Assembly (NCBI GenBank): GCA_951406725.2
Contig: OX597818.1
Location: 70,494,001 to 70,558,000 of the forward strand
Reading direction: 5' to 3'
DNA: 64,000 nt
Origin: Octopus vulgaris
Lineage: Eukaryota
The first letter of the stretch is position 1. Each line of letters starts with the position of its first letter. The notes beneath the pieces are model-generated. The model did no database searches, was not told where the DNA came from, and saw nothing but the letters and a program-made list of their open reading frames with translations. The translations under genes and the position numbers were made by a program. This document shows, piece after piece, positions 25,748 to 38,972 of the stretch.

Positions 25748-25748
<1 letters not shown>
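24691..25748 (+). mobile_element. RTE LINE family B, 5'-truncated (RT C-half to 3' end)
   Basis: LLYADDCDL, FVYLGSTLS, LLYSCETWT, RLHWIGHLIRM..RIPKQMLYGEL; downstream degenerate CxxC...GLxSH zinc finger; (CAT)n tail. Confidence 0.92.
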
Positions 25749-25786
<38 letters not shown>

Positions 25787-27823
25787 TTCTTCTGATATGA
25801 TATATTAATGGCTTCAAAGCAGTATGGTACGTTGTAGTATATCAAGAAAGAATTCATCCTGGTCTTAAGCCTTTACTGCAACCAAAATCTTTGGCAGTTT
25901 TGCCATTCAAAAGCTTACTCCAAACATTATCAGCACAACAAAAGTGAAAACGTTCTTTCAACGAATTGAAATTTTTGCTAAAAATAGCAACTAAGTATCC
26001 CTTATATCATTCAACTCTTTATTGGCTGTCCAAGTTTGGTGGGAAAGAGGTTGAATGGAAGGTGTCTTCTGACCAGAAGAACTGACTGGAATGTTTGCAA
26101 AGAGATGGATTCTGCAAATGGCAACCAAGGTGCCTGCTGGTGGTGATGGTGGTGGTGGTGGTGGCTGTGTTATACTGGGACACCTTAAAAACAAATGGTA
26201 GCACATATTAGATAATGTATTTCTGGACATAGAAAAAGATGAGGCAAGCTGGAAAATGCTGGATTGCAATCGTTGATCATGGGTCTGCTTAGTCAAGTCT
26301 GACCTGGAATTATCAACAACAACAACAACAACAACAACAACACCAGCACTGCCAACTTGAAATGGTGAAACTGTCTCTAGCACTCCTAGTTTCTGTGACT
26401 ATTTGCTAAACTGTCCATCTGTTAGATCTCTTTAATCCAACCAGCTAACGCTCCTCACATTTTGTCATTACATCTTTCTACTGCAGAGGAGATGGTAATT
26501 TTTGTTAGTTCTGTGACATAATTAACACTTAACTCCATGCCAATTACAAAGCTAATGTCAAACGTTCCAAACAGGATTAAGAGACGATGAAGTAACGGCT
26601 GCTTTTATTGAGGCCTGGGGGAGTTTCTGTTAGCTTTTGTAAAAGTAGGCGCAGTTTGATATGGTCACAACGTGATGGTGTGTAACAACAATGTCTACAG
26701 ATTGAAAGTAGAAGATAGTGTGTATTTGTATATACGTTGGGAAGGTGGAGAGAGATGTGAAAATAGCTGGTAGACTGTGTATGTGCTTGTGTATGTGTGT
26801 GTGTGCACGTGCACGTGTGCATGCTTTGGAGATTGTGAATGAAGGAGGGAGAGAGATTGCTGTAACAATAGAAGCCCTGTAGATTGTGTGCTTTTGTGTG
26901 CTTTTGTGTGTGTGTGTAAAAATATGTGTGAGTGAATGTCATCAATTTGCTGTATAACATGTATTTGAGAGAAAATTCGGAAGGACTGAGGAAAGTAGAT
27001 AATAAACGAGATTTATTAATTACATTTTTATCACTAAATGTGGAGCATATTAAATATCTCCAAGTTTTACATGTGTGGAAGTTTTTTACTTTTTTGCTCC
27101 TATTAAACAGATTTTTTTCTGTTAACAAACATTATGTAATTCTGGAAAATAATTTATATAAAACAACACGGTGTCTACAATTGTCTTAATATTGTTGTTG
27201 ATCAGGTAAATTTTAACTGAGCTGACCAACGCTTCCAGCCATGACAAACCTGTCTAGTTTTGTGGTGTCTTGGAAACATTATTTGATGTTTCCTTCTCTC
27301 TTGTGAGATGGTGGTGTCATTTGAGAAAGATTTTTGCTACTGTTTCTAGTCAGTCAAGTGACTCTCTTAAGGATCCCTTGTCAGTTCACAACTAGGCATT
27401 GTGGGATAGTACAGAATGACTTTTACTTCCCAATTTTCCCTAGATTATAAAAAGATGAACCCTATCAGTTTCCATGATGAGTTTTCAGTTGTTAGATCGA
27501 TTGAATCATCTGCTCATTGAATAAATGTACGACTGAGTATTCCTCAGACATCATCATAATCATCATCATTATCATTTAACGTCCATTTTCCATGCTGGCA
27601 TGGGTTGGACGGTTTGACAGGAGTTGGTGAAGCCAGGAGTCACACCCGGTTCCATTGTCTGTTTTGGCCTGGTTTCCATGGCTGGGTGCCCTTCCTAATG
27701 CCAATTGGTTTACAGAGCATACTGGGCACTTTTCGTGTGGTCTCAGCACTAGTACTTTTTAAATGGCACCAGCTCAGACAGAGTCACCATGTAGCTTGGT
27801 ATGACAGCTTATAATGAGAGGAC

Positions 27824-27854
<31 letters not shown>

Positions 27855-28571
27855 ATAAATCATCATAACTGTCACTAAACTGAGTGTGATGAGGTAACAT
27901 CTGCCATGGTCTTGTAAATAGGTTTAGCTGCCTGTGTAGTTACGAGCAAGCCTAGACACCCTCATCACGCTACATCCACTGTCCCAATGAAACATCAACA
28001 ATGTGACAACTGGGCGGGGTGGGGGGGGACCAAGTGAGAGAGAAAACTGCACCAGTACTCTGGCTGGTACTCATTATCAGCAAAGTAAATTGGGGCAATA
28101 TGAAATGGTGAGCCTTATTCAGAAGTAAGGCATCTCTCAGTCAAGGAATTGAACCCAAAACTTCATGAATATGAGCCCAATAGCCAAACCATTACGTCAT
28201 GCACCTTCACACACACACATGCATGCACTCGCGCGCGTGCACACACACACATCTTTATCATCATTTAATGCGCATATTCCATGCTATCATGGCTTGGATG
28301 GTTGCAGGACATTGTCAAACTTCAGTGTCTACGTTTGTAGGATTTCTATGACTGATGTCTTTGTTAATGTTGACCACTTTACTGAGTGCAGTTGGTGCTT
28401 TTTTGTGGAACCAACATTTTTAGACATCATGATGTGGCTTGTGGGAGATTTGGTTGGCTGTGCTTTCTGTCACTTCAAGCAACCATAAAAAAGAGGTTCC
28501 TCAATGGATTATATGCTTTGGAATGGTAGTATAAATGCATATATATATATAGGTATATATATATATAAAGT

Positions 28572-29900
28572 CATCAGCATCATTTAACTTGTCTTTCCAT
28601 GCTGACATGGGTTGGACGGTTTGACTGAGCACTGGTGAGCCAGAAGGCTGCACCAGGCTCCAATCCGATCTGGCAGTGCTTCTATAGTTGGATGCCCTTC
28701 CTAACGCCAACCACTCCGAGAGTGTGGTGGATGTTTTTTATGTACCACTGGCATGAGGGCCACTCAGGCGGTACTGGCATCAACCATGCTTGAATAGTGC
28801 TTTTTATGTGCCACCAGCATGGGGACCAGTCAGGCAGCACTGGTAAAAACCACGCTTGAATGGTGCTTTTTACGTGCCATCAGCATGGCACAAGTCAGCT
28901 GGCACTGGCATCGACGACACTCAAATGGTACTTTTTACGTGCCACTGGCTCATGTGCCAACCAGACGGTACTGTCATTGGCCATGACAACAACTTCACTT
29001 ACCTCAATAGGTCTTCACAAGCGCAGTTTATTGCCCAGTGATTGAAGGATACTTTTAAATGGGTTGGTTATGCTGCACTGGCATAGGCCACAATTATGGT
29101 CTTACTGGACTTGCTGGGTTTTCTCAAGCACAGCATATCTCCAAAGGTCTCGGTCACATGTCATCACCTCAGTGAGGCCCAACATTCGAAGGTCATGCTT
29201 CACCACCTCATCTCAGGACTTCTTGGGTCTACCTATTCCACAGGTTCCCTCTACTGCTAGGGTGTGACATATTTTCACCCAGCTGTCCTCATCCCTATGC
29301 AACACATGACCATACCAGTGCAGTCATCTCTCTTGCACACCACATCTGATGTTTCTTAAGTCCAACTTTTCTCTCAGGGCACTTACACTCTGCGATGTAT
29401 GCACACTGACATTACACATCCAGTGGAGCATATTAACTTCATTCCATGCAAGCTTACACACATCCTCAGCAGTCACGGCCCATGTTTCACTGCCATGTTC
29501 ACACACATGCATCATACAGTACCTTTTACTCTGAGGAAGTGGCCCTTTGTCACCAGCAAAGGTAGGAGCTCCCTCAACTTTGCCTAGGCTTTTCTTATTC
29601 TAGCAGCTACACTTTCAGAGCACCCACTCCCGCTACTGACTTGGTCACCTAGGTAACAGAAGCTAGCAAGGAGTTGTAGTTTTTCCCCCTGGAATGTGAC
29701 GGAAGCTGTTTTCTGCACATTTTCAGTGTTTACTGTCCCTGAGCATTTGCCACACACAAAATCAATCTTTCCAGTTAACCTTCTTATGTGTCCATAGCTT
29801 ACACTGGGTACATCTTATGGAGTTTTTACCTATGTCTTTTCTACATATCGAGCAGGTCCATCTACCTGAAGGGATTTGTGGCTTGTCTGCCTTTCTACTT
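28572..29900 (-). mobile_element. RTE LINE family A, degenerate
   Basis: HGSETWAVTAED.., ALREKLDLR.., 3'UTR tandem units and tail. Confidence 0.9.
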
Positions 29901-29914
29901 ATTATACATATATA

Positions 29915-30135
29915 TATATTCTTTTGTTTTTAAATGTAACCACATGTGGATCGTTGGCGATTTTTTCCTCCATCTTCCTTCTCTCCTGTTCCTGATGAAG
30001 AGCTTTGCTCGAAACATAAAACTACTTTTCTTTCCTTCCCTGAGTGTCTGCTAATACTTTGCATGTACCACATCCTTGCATTGTTTTTCCCCTGTGTTTT
30101 TCTCATTTCTCTTGGGATTAAGTATATATATATAT
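29915..30135 (+). mobile_element. Short pLTR-like insertion with hammerhead-like core
   Basis: 'ctgatga-a-gagc-ttt-gctc-gaaac' at 29992-30015; flanked by (TA)n. Confidence 0.5.
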
Positions 30136-30139
30136 AGTT

Positions 30140-30408
30140 GTGGCCATTGCTAGTGTCATGCGAATGATATCTGTGAAATCATAGCCATGGCTGTTGCTGG
30201 TGTCATGAAAATGGCACTCATACCAGTGGCATGTAAAAATCACCCATTACACTCTTAGAGTTGTTTAACATTAGGAAGGGCATCCAGCCGTAGAAATCAA
30301 TCCAAATCAGACTGGAACCTGGTGCAACTCCCTGGCTTACCAGTTCCTGTGAAACTGTCTAACCCACGTCAGTGAACATTAAATGGTAACGATGATGATG
30401 ACGATGAG
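30140..30408 (+). mobile_element. RTE 3' tail fragment
   Basis: 'aggaagggcatccagccgtagaaa...' plus (GAT)n tail. Confidence 0.8.
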
Positions 30409-30810
30409 ATATCTATATGAATTCCTGTAAATTTCCCTGCCTAGAACTTTCAAACATACTCACCTTGTCTCTGATGAGGAAATGCCCAGTGTATGGACAT
30501 GCTAGTTTATCACTTGGGATATCCCAGAAACAGCTCTAACACTTCAAATTGACCTCACCTTAATTAAATTATTATAAATGACTCGAGATACTCATACTGC
30601 CTTGGTTTTTGATGTCTTTTTCCTCTAATGTATACCTGCTAACTTGGAAGCCAAATACGGATTCATAGCTCCAGCCTCAGCTGTGAACTTGGAACTTAAC
30701 GAATAACCAATTATATCACTTATTCAGCATACCTGTTCACTTTGATCACCAATGAACTAGAACCCTCATATCTTTTATGTATGTATATATATACACACAC
30801 ATACATATAT

Positions 30811-31073
30811 ATTTATATTAAGGGCATTACTACACATAAATGCCTCATGCTATTAGGGACTCTTAAAGTCAAAACTACCATAATGTATTTATTATGGTAG
30901 TTTTCACTTTAAGAGTCTCTAATGGCATGAAGCATTTGTGTGTAGTAATGCCCTTAATATAAATAAATATATTTACGTAAAGGAAATATTTATAAATTTT
31001 TCCCTTATATGGTTTTCACTCTGACTACTTGATGAATTCTTATAAAGATTTTATCCTATTTTAAATTTTATAT
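30811..31073 (+). repeat. Fold-back insertion: 74 bp arms + tail
   Basis: 30811-30884 pairs with 30891-30964 (several mismatches); unpaired tail to ~31073; TA-rich flanks. Confidence 0.85.
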
Positions 31074-31074
31074 A

Positions 31075-31302
31075 GGCGGCGAGCTGGCAGGCACGTTAGC
31101 ATGCTGGGCGAAATGCTTAGTGGTATTTCGTCTGTCATTACGTTCTGAGTCCAAATTCCACCGAGGTCAACTTTGCCTTTCATCCTTTTGGGGTCGATAA
31201 ATTAAGTACCTGTTATGCACTGGGGTCGATGTAATCGACTTAATCCCTTTGTCTGTCTTTGTTTGTCCCCTCTATGTTTAGCCCCTTGTGGGCAATAAAG
31301 AA
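31075..31302 (+). mobile_element. SINE family A, full length
   Basis: ggcggcgagctggcag...gttagc A-box, gagtccaaattcc B-box, conserved 'ctttgcctttcatccttt.ggggtcgataaattaagtacc' domain. Confidence 0.85.
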
Positions 31303-32554
31303 ATATATATATATTTTTAATTTGTCTCAGTCAATGTTGGGACTCCACTTTGAAGTATTTGAAGCCTGGTACTTATTCTATCAGTCTCTTTTGCTGAACT
31401 GCTAAGTTACAGAGATGTAAACACACCAACACTGGTTGTCAAATAGTGGTAGGGGATAAACACAGACACACAATCAAATTTCTTGCTACTCTTATGCTTA
31501 TATATATAACGTTTTACATCTTATTACATTAAGCTAACATTAGTAATAAGCATATCCTGTAAGGATGCACTTTATAGATTTAGACTCAATATCTTTCTCC
31601 CAATATGTCTATTACAGATGACAAAAGGGTATTTAGAAAGACTCACCACTATCATTACCACCACCACAGCAACAGCAACAACCATCACCACCACCAACTT
31701 CTCTTTTACATGTCTCCATTTGATTTTCAATCAATTTTAATTTTTAAATTCTCTCCCTTGCCAATTTTGACAACAATTATCTTTAACACTAATGGATTTT
31801 TTTCCAATTACCATTTTAATTTCACTTCATTATAAATTCTTTTTGACTCTACAGTAATTAAGCCTACACTTAAACAACATATATTTAGAGAGTTGTTTAG
31901 TCAACCAGCCTTATGGGATGCGAGTTTCTTTAATACAACTTCCCAATATTTATGCATCAGATTCTCTGCTTTAATCATACAAATTATATTGTTTTTAAAA
32001 ATCAAGTTAATCTTTATGCAAATATAATTCTCTCTGTAACCAAATTTAAACTTTGTTATCTTTTAAAGTTGTCCAATGTTATTTTAACTCTTGACTTTTT
32101 ACTTGAAATTAGAATTTGTTAGAACTGTATTCCTTCTTTTAGCATGTCAGAGTTTCTCAACTTGGTTCTGGCACCACAAACCAAACAGGTCAAAGAGCTC
32201 AAGAGCTCCCTTAGCTTCTAAAACAGCATTGACATGAAGCAATGAATGAATGTGTCTCTATGAATGTAGGTGTACAGACATGCATGCATACATACATTAT
32301 ATATATATATGCTTCTTTCAGTCATTAGAATGCAGTCATGCTGGAGCACCACCTTGAAGCAGTTTTACTTGAATGAATCAACCCCTTGGTACCAAGATGT
32401 GGTGGGGGACAAACAGACACAGGACACACACAAACATGTTTGGTATTCTTTCCGTTTCCTTCTACCAAATCCACTTACAGGGCTTTGGTCGGCCTGAGGC
32501 TAGAGTAGAAGTCCCTTGCTCAATGTGCAGTGGGACTGAACCTGGAACCATGGT

Positions 32555-33545
32555 TGTCATCATTTAACATCTCTTTCCCATGCTGGCATGGGTTAGATGG
32601 TTTGACTGGAGATGGTAAGCTAGAGAGCTGGAACTCAGGTTCCAATCTGCATTTCACTTGGTCTCTAAGGCTGGAGACCTTTCCTAATGCCAACCACATT
32701 ACTGAGTGTACTGGGTGTCTTTTATGTGTCACTAAAATGGGGACCTTTTACATGTCACCAGCACTCACGCCTTTTGCATATCACTAGCATCATAGTTGCC
32801 GTTTACATATCACTGGCACAGGTGCCTTTGATGTGTCACTGGCACGAGTGCCTCTCACATGTCGCTGGTACTGACCATGACCACAATTCCACTTAGCTTC
32901 ACATATCTTTTCAAATCCAGCAGTTCACCAGAAGTCTCAGTCACTTGTCATCACCTCCATTGGACTCGTCACCTGACAATCACATTTCACCACCTCGTCT
33001 TGTGTCTTCCTAGGTCTATCTCTTCCACTGGTTCCTTCCTCATTTAGAGATTGGCATATCTTTACACAGCTGTCCTCCTCCATATGTATCACAGGATCAT
33101 ACTAGCAAAGTCTTCTCTCCCATAATCCTACAGCTGATGCTTCTTATACTCAGCTTTTCTCATAAGACACTTATTCTCTGTCATACATCCAAACTAAGAT
33201 TGAACATCTAGCAGAGCATGCTACCTTCATTTCTTTCAAGGTTTTGCAAGTCTTCTACAGCCACAGCTCATGTTTTACTGCCATACAACATGGCTGTTCA
33301 CACACAGGCATCATACAATCTGTTTTTCTCTGAGGACGAAGCCCTTTATTACTAACAAAGGTAGAAGCTCTCTGAACTTTGCCCAGTTGTTCTAATTTTA
33401 GTAGCTACACTCTCAGAACATTCTCTTATTCTCTTCCACTGCTGACTTTGTCACGTAGATATCAGAAGCTCTCTGCTACTTCTAAGGATGCCCCCAGGCA
33501 CTTAACAAAGTCTAGTTTCTGTACATTCCTAATGTCTGTTGTATC
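32555..33545 (-). mobile_element. Old RTE LINE fragment
   Basis: Homologous to the RTE family A C-terminus and 3'UTR; many indels. Confidence 0.8.
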
Positions 33546-33552
33546 TATTATA

Positions 33553-34119
33553 CATCATCATCATCATTATCATCATTTAGCGTCCGCTTTCCATGCTAGC
33601 ATGGGTTGGACGGTTTAACTGGGGTCTGTGAAGCCAGAAGGCTGCATCAGGCCCAGTCTGATCTGGCAGTGTTTCTACGGCTGGATGCCCTTCCTAACGC
33701 CAACCACTCCGTGAGTGTAGTGGGTGCTTTTTACGTGCCTCCCACACAGGTGCCAGCACGGGGTCCAGGCGAGGCTGGCAACGGACAGGAGCGGATGGTG
33801 CTTTTACGTGCCACCGGCACGGGGGCCAGGCAAGGCTGGCAACAAACACGAACGGATGGTGCTTTTTACTTTCCACTGGCACAGGGGTTACAACTACAAT
33901 TTCCATTTGATTGTAATTTGATTTGATGTTGATGTACTTGACTCAGTAGGTCTCCCCAAGCATGGCATGTTGCCCTACAATCCAAGGTACTTTTGAGTGG
34001 GCTGGTTATGTGACACTGGTGTGGTTATAGCTGTGAACTCACTTTATTTGACAGGTCTTCTCAGTCACAGCATACCTCCAGAGGTCTCGCTCTTTTGTCA
34101 TTGCCTCTGTGAGGCCCAA

Positions 34120-34120
<1 letters not shown>
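33553..34120 (-). mobile_element. Younger RTE family A 3'UTR fragment
   Basis: Nearly identical 3' end to 54061-54300 and 42110-42290. Confidence 0.85.
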
Positions 34121-34155
<35 letters not shown>

Positions 34156-34467
34156 CATACACACATATATATAAATGTTTTTAAATTGAGTTATAATAAC
34201 AATTTTAATTAAACTCAAAAATTATTCAATACTTTTTGCAAAGTACATATTTATTATACTCTTACAAGAAAACAGGTGACAGTGACTTCCAAGTTTCAGT
34301 CTGCTATTCCAAAGAAATTTTGCAGGTCAAAACATCAAAGTCATTATCACCTCTCTTCTTGTAAAAGTATAATGTATGTGTGTCTATCTGTGTGCATGTG
34401 TGTGTACACAAAAAAAAACATACACATGCATATATGTGTGTATGTATGCGTATGTATGTATATATAT

Positions 34468-34518
<51 letters not shown>

Positions 34519-34519
<1 letters not shown>

Positions 34520-34567
34520 ATTTAGCTGCTATTTCTGGCCAATTGAATGATGCTATATATCTATACA

Positions 34568-34603
<36 letters not shown>

Positions 34604-34648
34604 TGTATGTATAGTGTCATTCAATTGGCCAGAAATAGCAGCTAAATC
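34519..34648. repeat. ~38 bp inverted repeat enclosing (TATG)n
   Basis: gatttagctgctatttctggccaattgaatga / tcattcaattggccagaaatagcagctaaatc. Confidence 0.85.
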
Positions 34649-35550
34649 TCTCTGTGGTTGATACTGAACTCTGGTTGGTCTGATTTCAAAGTGACATTGA
34701 ATCATATAAATTTGTCCGTCAAAAATAATTTTCACTGCATGAGGAATTGCAAACTTCAAAGTTCAAAGAGACTTGTGGATTCTTTAGTGCTGTTACTGCT
34801 TACTGTTGCTCTGTATTTTATTCTCATTACTTCTACAGAATTCAATCTCTTGGCCGTGCCTACAACAGTTGGGGGGGGGGGGCAAAAAGTGATATGACCT
34901 TTCTGCTTGCATCTTGGTTGTATCCCGTTACCCTAACCATTCCTAATATTTCTACTCCATCCTGAATTATAATAAAATGCCTTGAATTTTGCTTGTCGGA
35001 ACTCACGGAGGAGCATGTCTTTTTGGTTCTGGATCTCAACTTCTCATCTTGGTCATTTCAGTTTAGCCTGTCAACAGACTGGTCACTTGAGTGATCAATA
35101 TAATTGTTGCTATCGTTTGCTCTTTGGTCAGTCCTGACTGAATAGGTCAGTGGCCTATGGTTACCCAACCATGACCACCTCACTTGTTTGCATCTAGAAC
35201 TATATTGTCCTGTTTATCCTTCCTTTTAGTTTTAAGATGATATGCGGTAATTGCAGAATATCTGACTGCTATTTCTAAAAAGGTGAGTGACCATGTAGTG
35301 GTTGCTCTTGTTGCATTGAAGTTCGTTAATCAACTTGAAATATGAGAGAACTTTTCCATCATTTCTTCTAATCTACATCGAAAAACCTCCTCTTGTTCAG
35401 AGATTATTTTTCATCTATTATTACTGTTGTTATCATCATCATCATCATCAGTAGTAGTAGCAGTAGTGGTGGTGGTGGTGGTAGTGATGCATTCATACTC
35501 ACAGACAAGAAAGAAAAGGAGAAGAACCGCGATGATACAATTTTACATAC

Positions 35551-35619
35551 AGCCTTCTGTCACGAGTCTCAGAAATCTATCTGCAGAGAAGCACAAACAC
35601 TTCCTGGGCTCCAGACAAT
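35551..35619 (-). CDS. Candidate 69-nt internal coding exon of an unidentified host gene
   Basis: Minus strand: 'ttaatttatctttag|' acceptor and '|gtatgt' donor. Only one frame is open (phase 1-1): (D)CLEPRKCLCFSADRFLRLVTEG. Non-repetitive sequence. Confidence 0.35.
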
Positions 35620-35998
35620 CTAAAGATAAATTAAGTTGCTAATGACAACTAGGTGCATACTAATCAGGAGAAATACATGAAACGCATAGCAGGAGACGCT
35701 TCTCTTGGTTGGGTCGAGTTTTTCCTTAATGTAAGAAATTGATTTTAGCTTACTGACACTTATTGATATTCATTAAGAGGAGAGCGAGGTTTATTTTTAA
35801 GCAGAGTTCAAGCAAAAGATGAGATTTCCTCATATTTCAATGAGACTCATCACCAGAGATAAATTTATCATTTCTATGAAAGCATTGTTCTCTCTCGGTT
35901 CTTGTTACGTGTGTCCATGGGCATGATGTGCATGTGTTTGTGTGTATGTGTGTGTGTATGTGTACATATATATATATATATGCATGTATAGGTATGCA

Positions 35999-36033
<35 letters not shown>

Positions 36034-36457
36034 TTATATATATACTAAATTGCCTTTTATGACTCGTTGGCTGTGGTCATGCTAATGCAATGCCATTATG
36101 TAAATACACACACACACACACACACAGCAGCAGCAGCATTTTGACATACACTTTTCCATGCTTGAATGGTCCAGATGGATTCCTTTGAGACAGGTGGAAG
36201 AGTGAAGCCTAGAAAGACATGGAGTAAAGTGAAAGAAGTCCAACTTCAGCATGTTGAACCTGAAAGAGAAGGCAAAGGACAAAGATGAGTGGTTATTCAC
36301 GGTATTAAGTCAGCTGTCCTGCTCAGCAATAAATAGGATTTATCTTTATATACTCACTGGGCCCTTCCTCTGCTCCCATTCTGTCCCCGTCAACCTTTCC
36401 TCCACCTGTCCTCTTCAGACAGCCATGTTAAAGTGGCTACGAATGTTATATATATGT

Positions 36458-36496
<39 letters not shown>

Positions 36497-36519
36497 ACTG
36501 TATGTGTATGTGTGTGCAT

Positions 36520-37028
36520 TAAGCTCAAAAGAAATGAAGCTAGCATGATCTGCTGGATGTGTAATGTTAGTGTGTACACCCGACAGAGTGGAAGCGTCCC
36601 GAGATAAATGTTGGACATATGAAGAATTGGATGTGGCATGCAAGAGAAACATTTGCATTGGTATGGTCATGTACTGTAAATGGATGAGGAGAGCTGTGTG
36701 AAGAAGTGCCACTCCCAAACAGTGGAAGGAATCCAGAGTAGAATGTGGCCAATACCAGTGCCACCTTCACTGGCTTCCCTGACTGTGGCTCATAAAAAGC
36801 CCCAACTGATCGTAGTCATTGCCAGCCCCCTCTGGCCTCTGTGCCGGTGGCACATAAAAAGCACCCACTACACTCTCAGAGTGGTTGGCGTGAGGAAAGG
36901 CATCCAGCTGTAGAAACACTGCCAGATCAGACTGGAGCCTGGTACAGCCTCTTGGCTTCCCAGACCCCAGTTCAGCTGTCGAACCCATGCCATCATGGAA
37001 AACGGACGTTAAACGGTGGTGATGATGA

Positions 37029-37030
<2 letters not shown>
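36520..37030 (+). mobile_element. RTE family A fragment with internal deletion
   Basis: RNEASMICWMCNVSV..., MDEESCVKKCH, joined directly to the 3'UTR and (GAT)n tail. Confidence 0.85.
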
Positions 37031-37066
<36 letters not shown>

Positions 37067-37261
37067 TTATTATGTAAAAGAGAGACAGACAGACAATAAG
37101 CATCTTTCAGTTTGTGTCAGCCAAATGCAATCACAAATCTTTGGCTGATTCAGGGCCAGAGTAGAAGATACCGGCACAAAGTGGAGCTGCATGAAATCTG
37201 TGCAGTTGAGAAGTAAATTTCTTAACCAGACAGCCATGCTCGTGGACACACATGTATACAT

Positions 37262-38004
<743 letters not shown>

Positions 38005-38937
38005 GTTTTGGTATCCAGATGACCCAAACAACTGGAAGACTTCCTCTCTTTTTATAAATGTTCTAAAAATTTCACACTGCTTTGGCTTTGTTGTCACATT
38101 TTATTGAACATATATATACACACACACACACACATACATACATATATCTATGTACTCATATTTATATATTTGCATACATACCCATGTATATATATGCATA
38201 TATGTATACATATACTCAGACTCACCCTCTCACATGTGCATGTGTGTGTATATCTGTGTGTGAGTGTCTCCATGTGTGTACCTGTGTGTGTGTGTGTGTG
38301 TGTGTGTGCATTGACATATAAATTCAAAGCTGGAAGTGTCCTATTCTCTCTTTCATACAATTCCCAAAATTCTCTGTTGAATGCATTTTCCTTGAATAAT
38401 ACATTCTAGATTGGGTTATATTTTCCTAGGTGGACGGTGACACCTTGTCAAAACATCTACAAAGAGATTTTACATACTAATTGCATAAATAATCTGTAAG
38501 CATTTGTCAGCTCACTGCATTACACAAGACTTTGCAAGATGTCTTTAGCATGATGACAAAGATGATGACGGTGATGATGACGATGCTGTCATACTCCCTC
38601 AGTCATAGAGTTGTCTTAAAATAGAGTTTTAATAGGAGTACAGGGATAGAGTTATCAGGAGTGTGTGGCATTTGATGGCATGGGGGAAAGTTGTATGTCA
38701 CAAAAGAGGAGAAAGATTGTCTGCAATAGAGTGAAAGGTTTTATTAAAGTGAGAAAAATATATTGTTGCTACTAAAATATCGGCAAATATTCTTAGTTCC
38801 TCGATATAATCAGTGGTAAACCACTTAGCAGGAATAGATTGGCAGGACCATAATTGAAGATTGAGTGGAATGATTAAAAATATCCCAGATATTAATTCTC
38901 TGCCTTTTGGGAATATTTTTATTGACATGGTGATATG

Positions 38938-38972
<35 letters not shown>

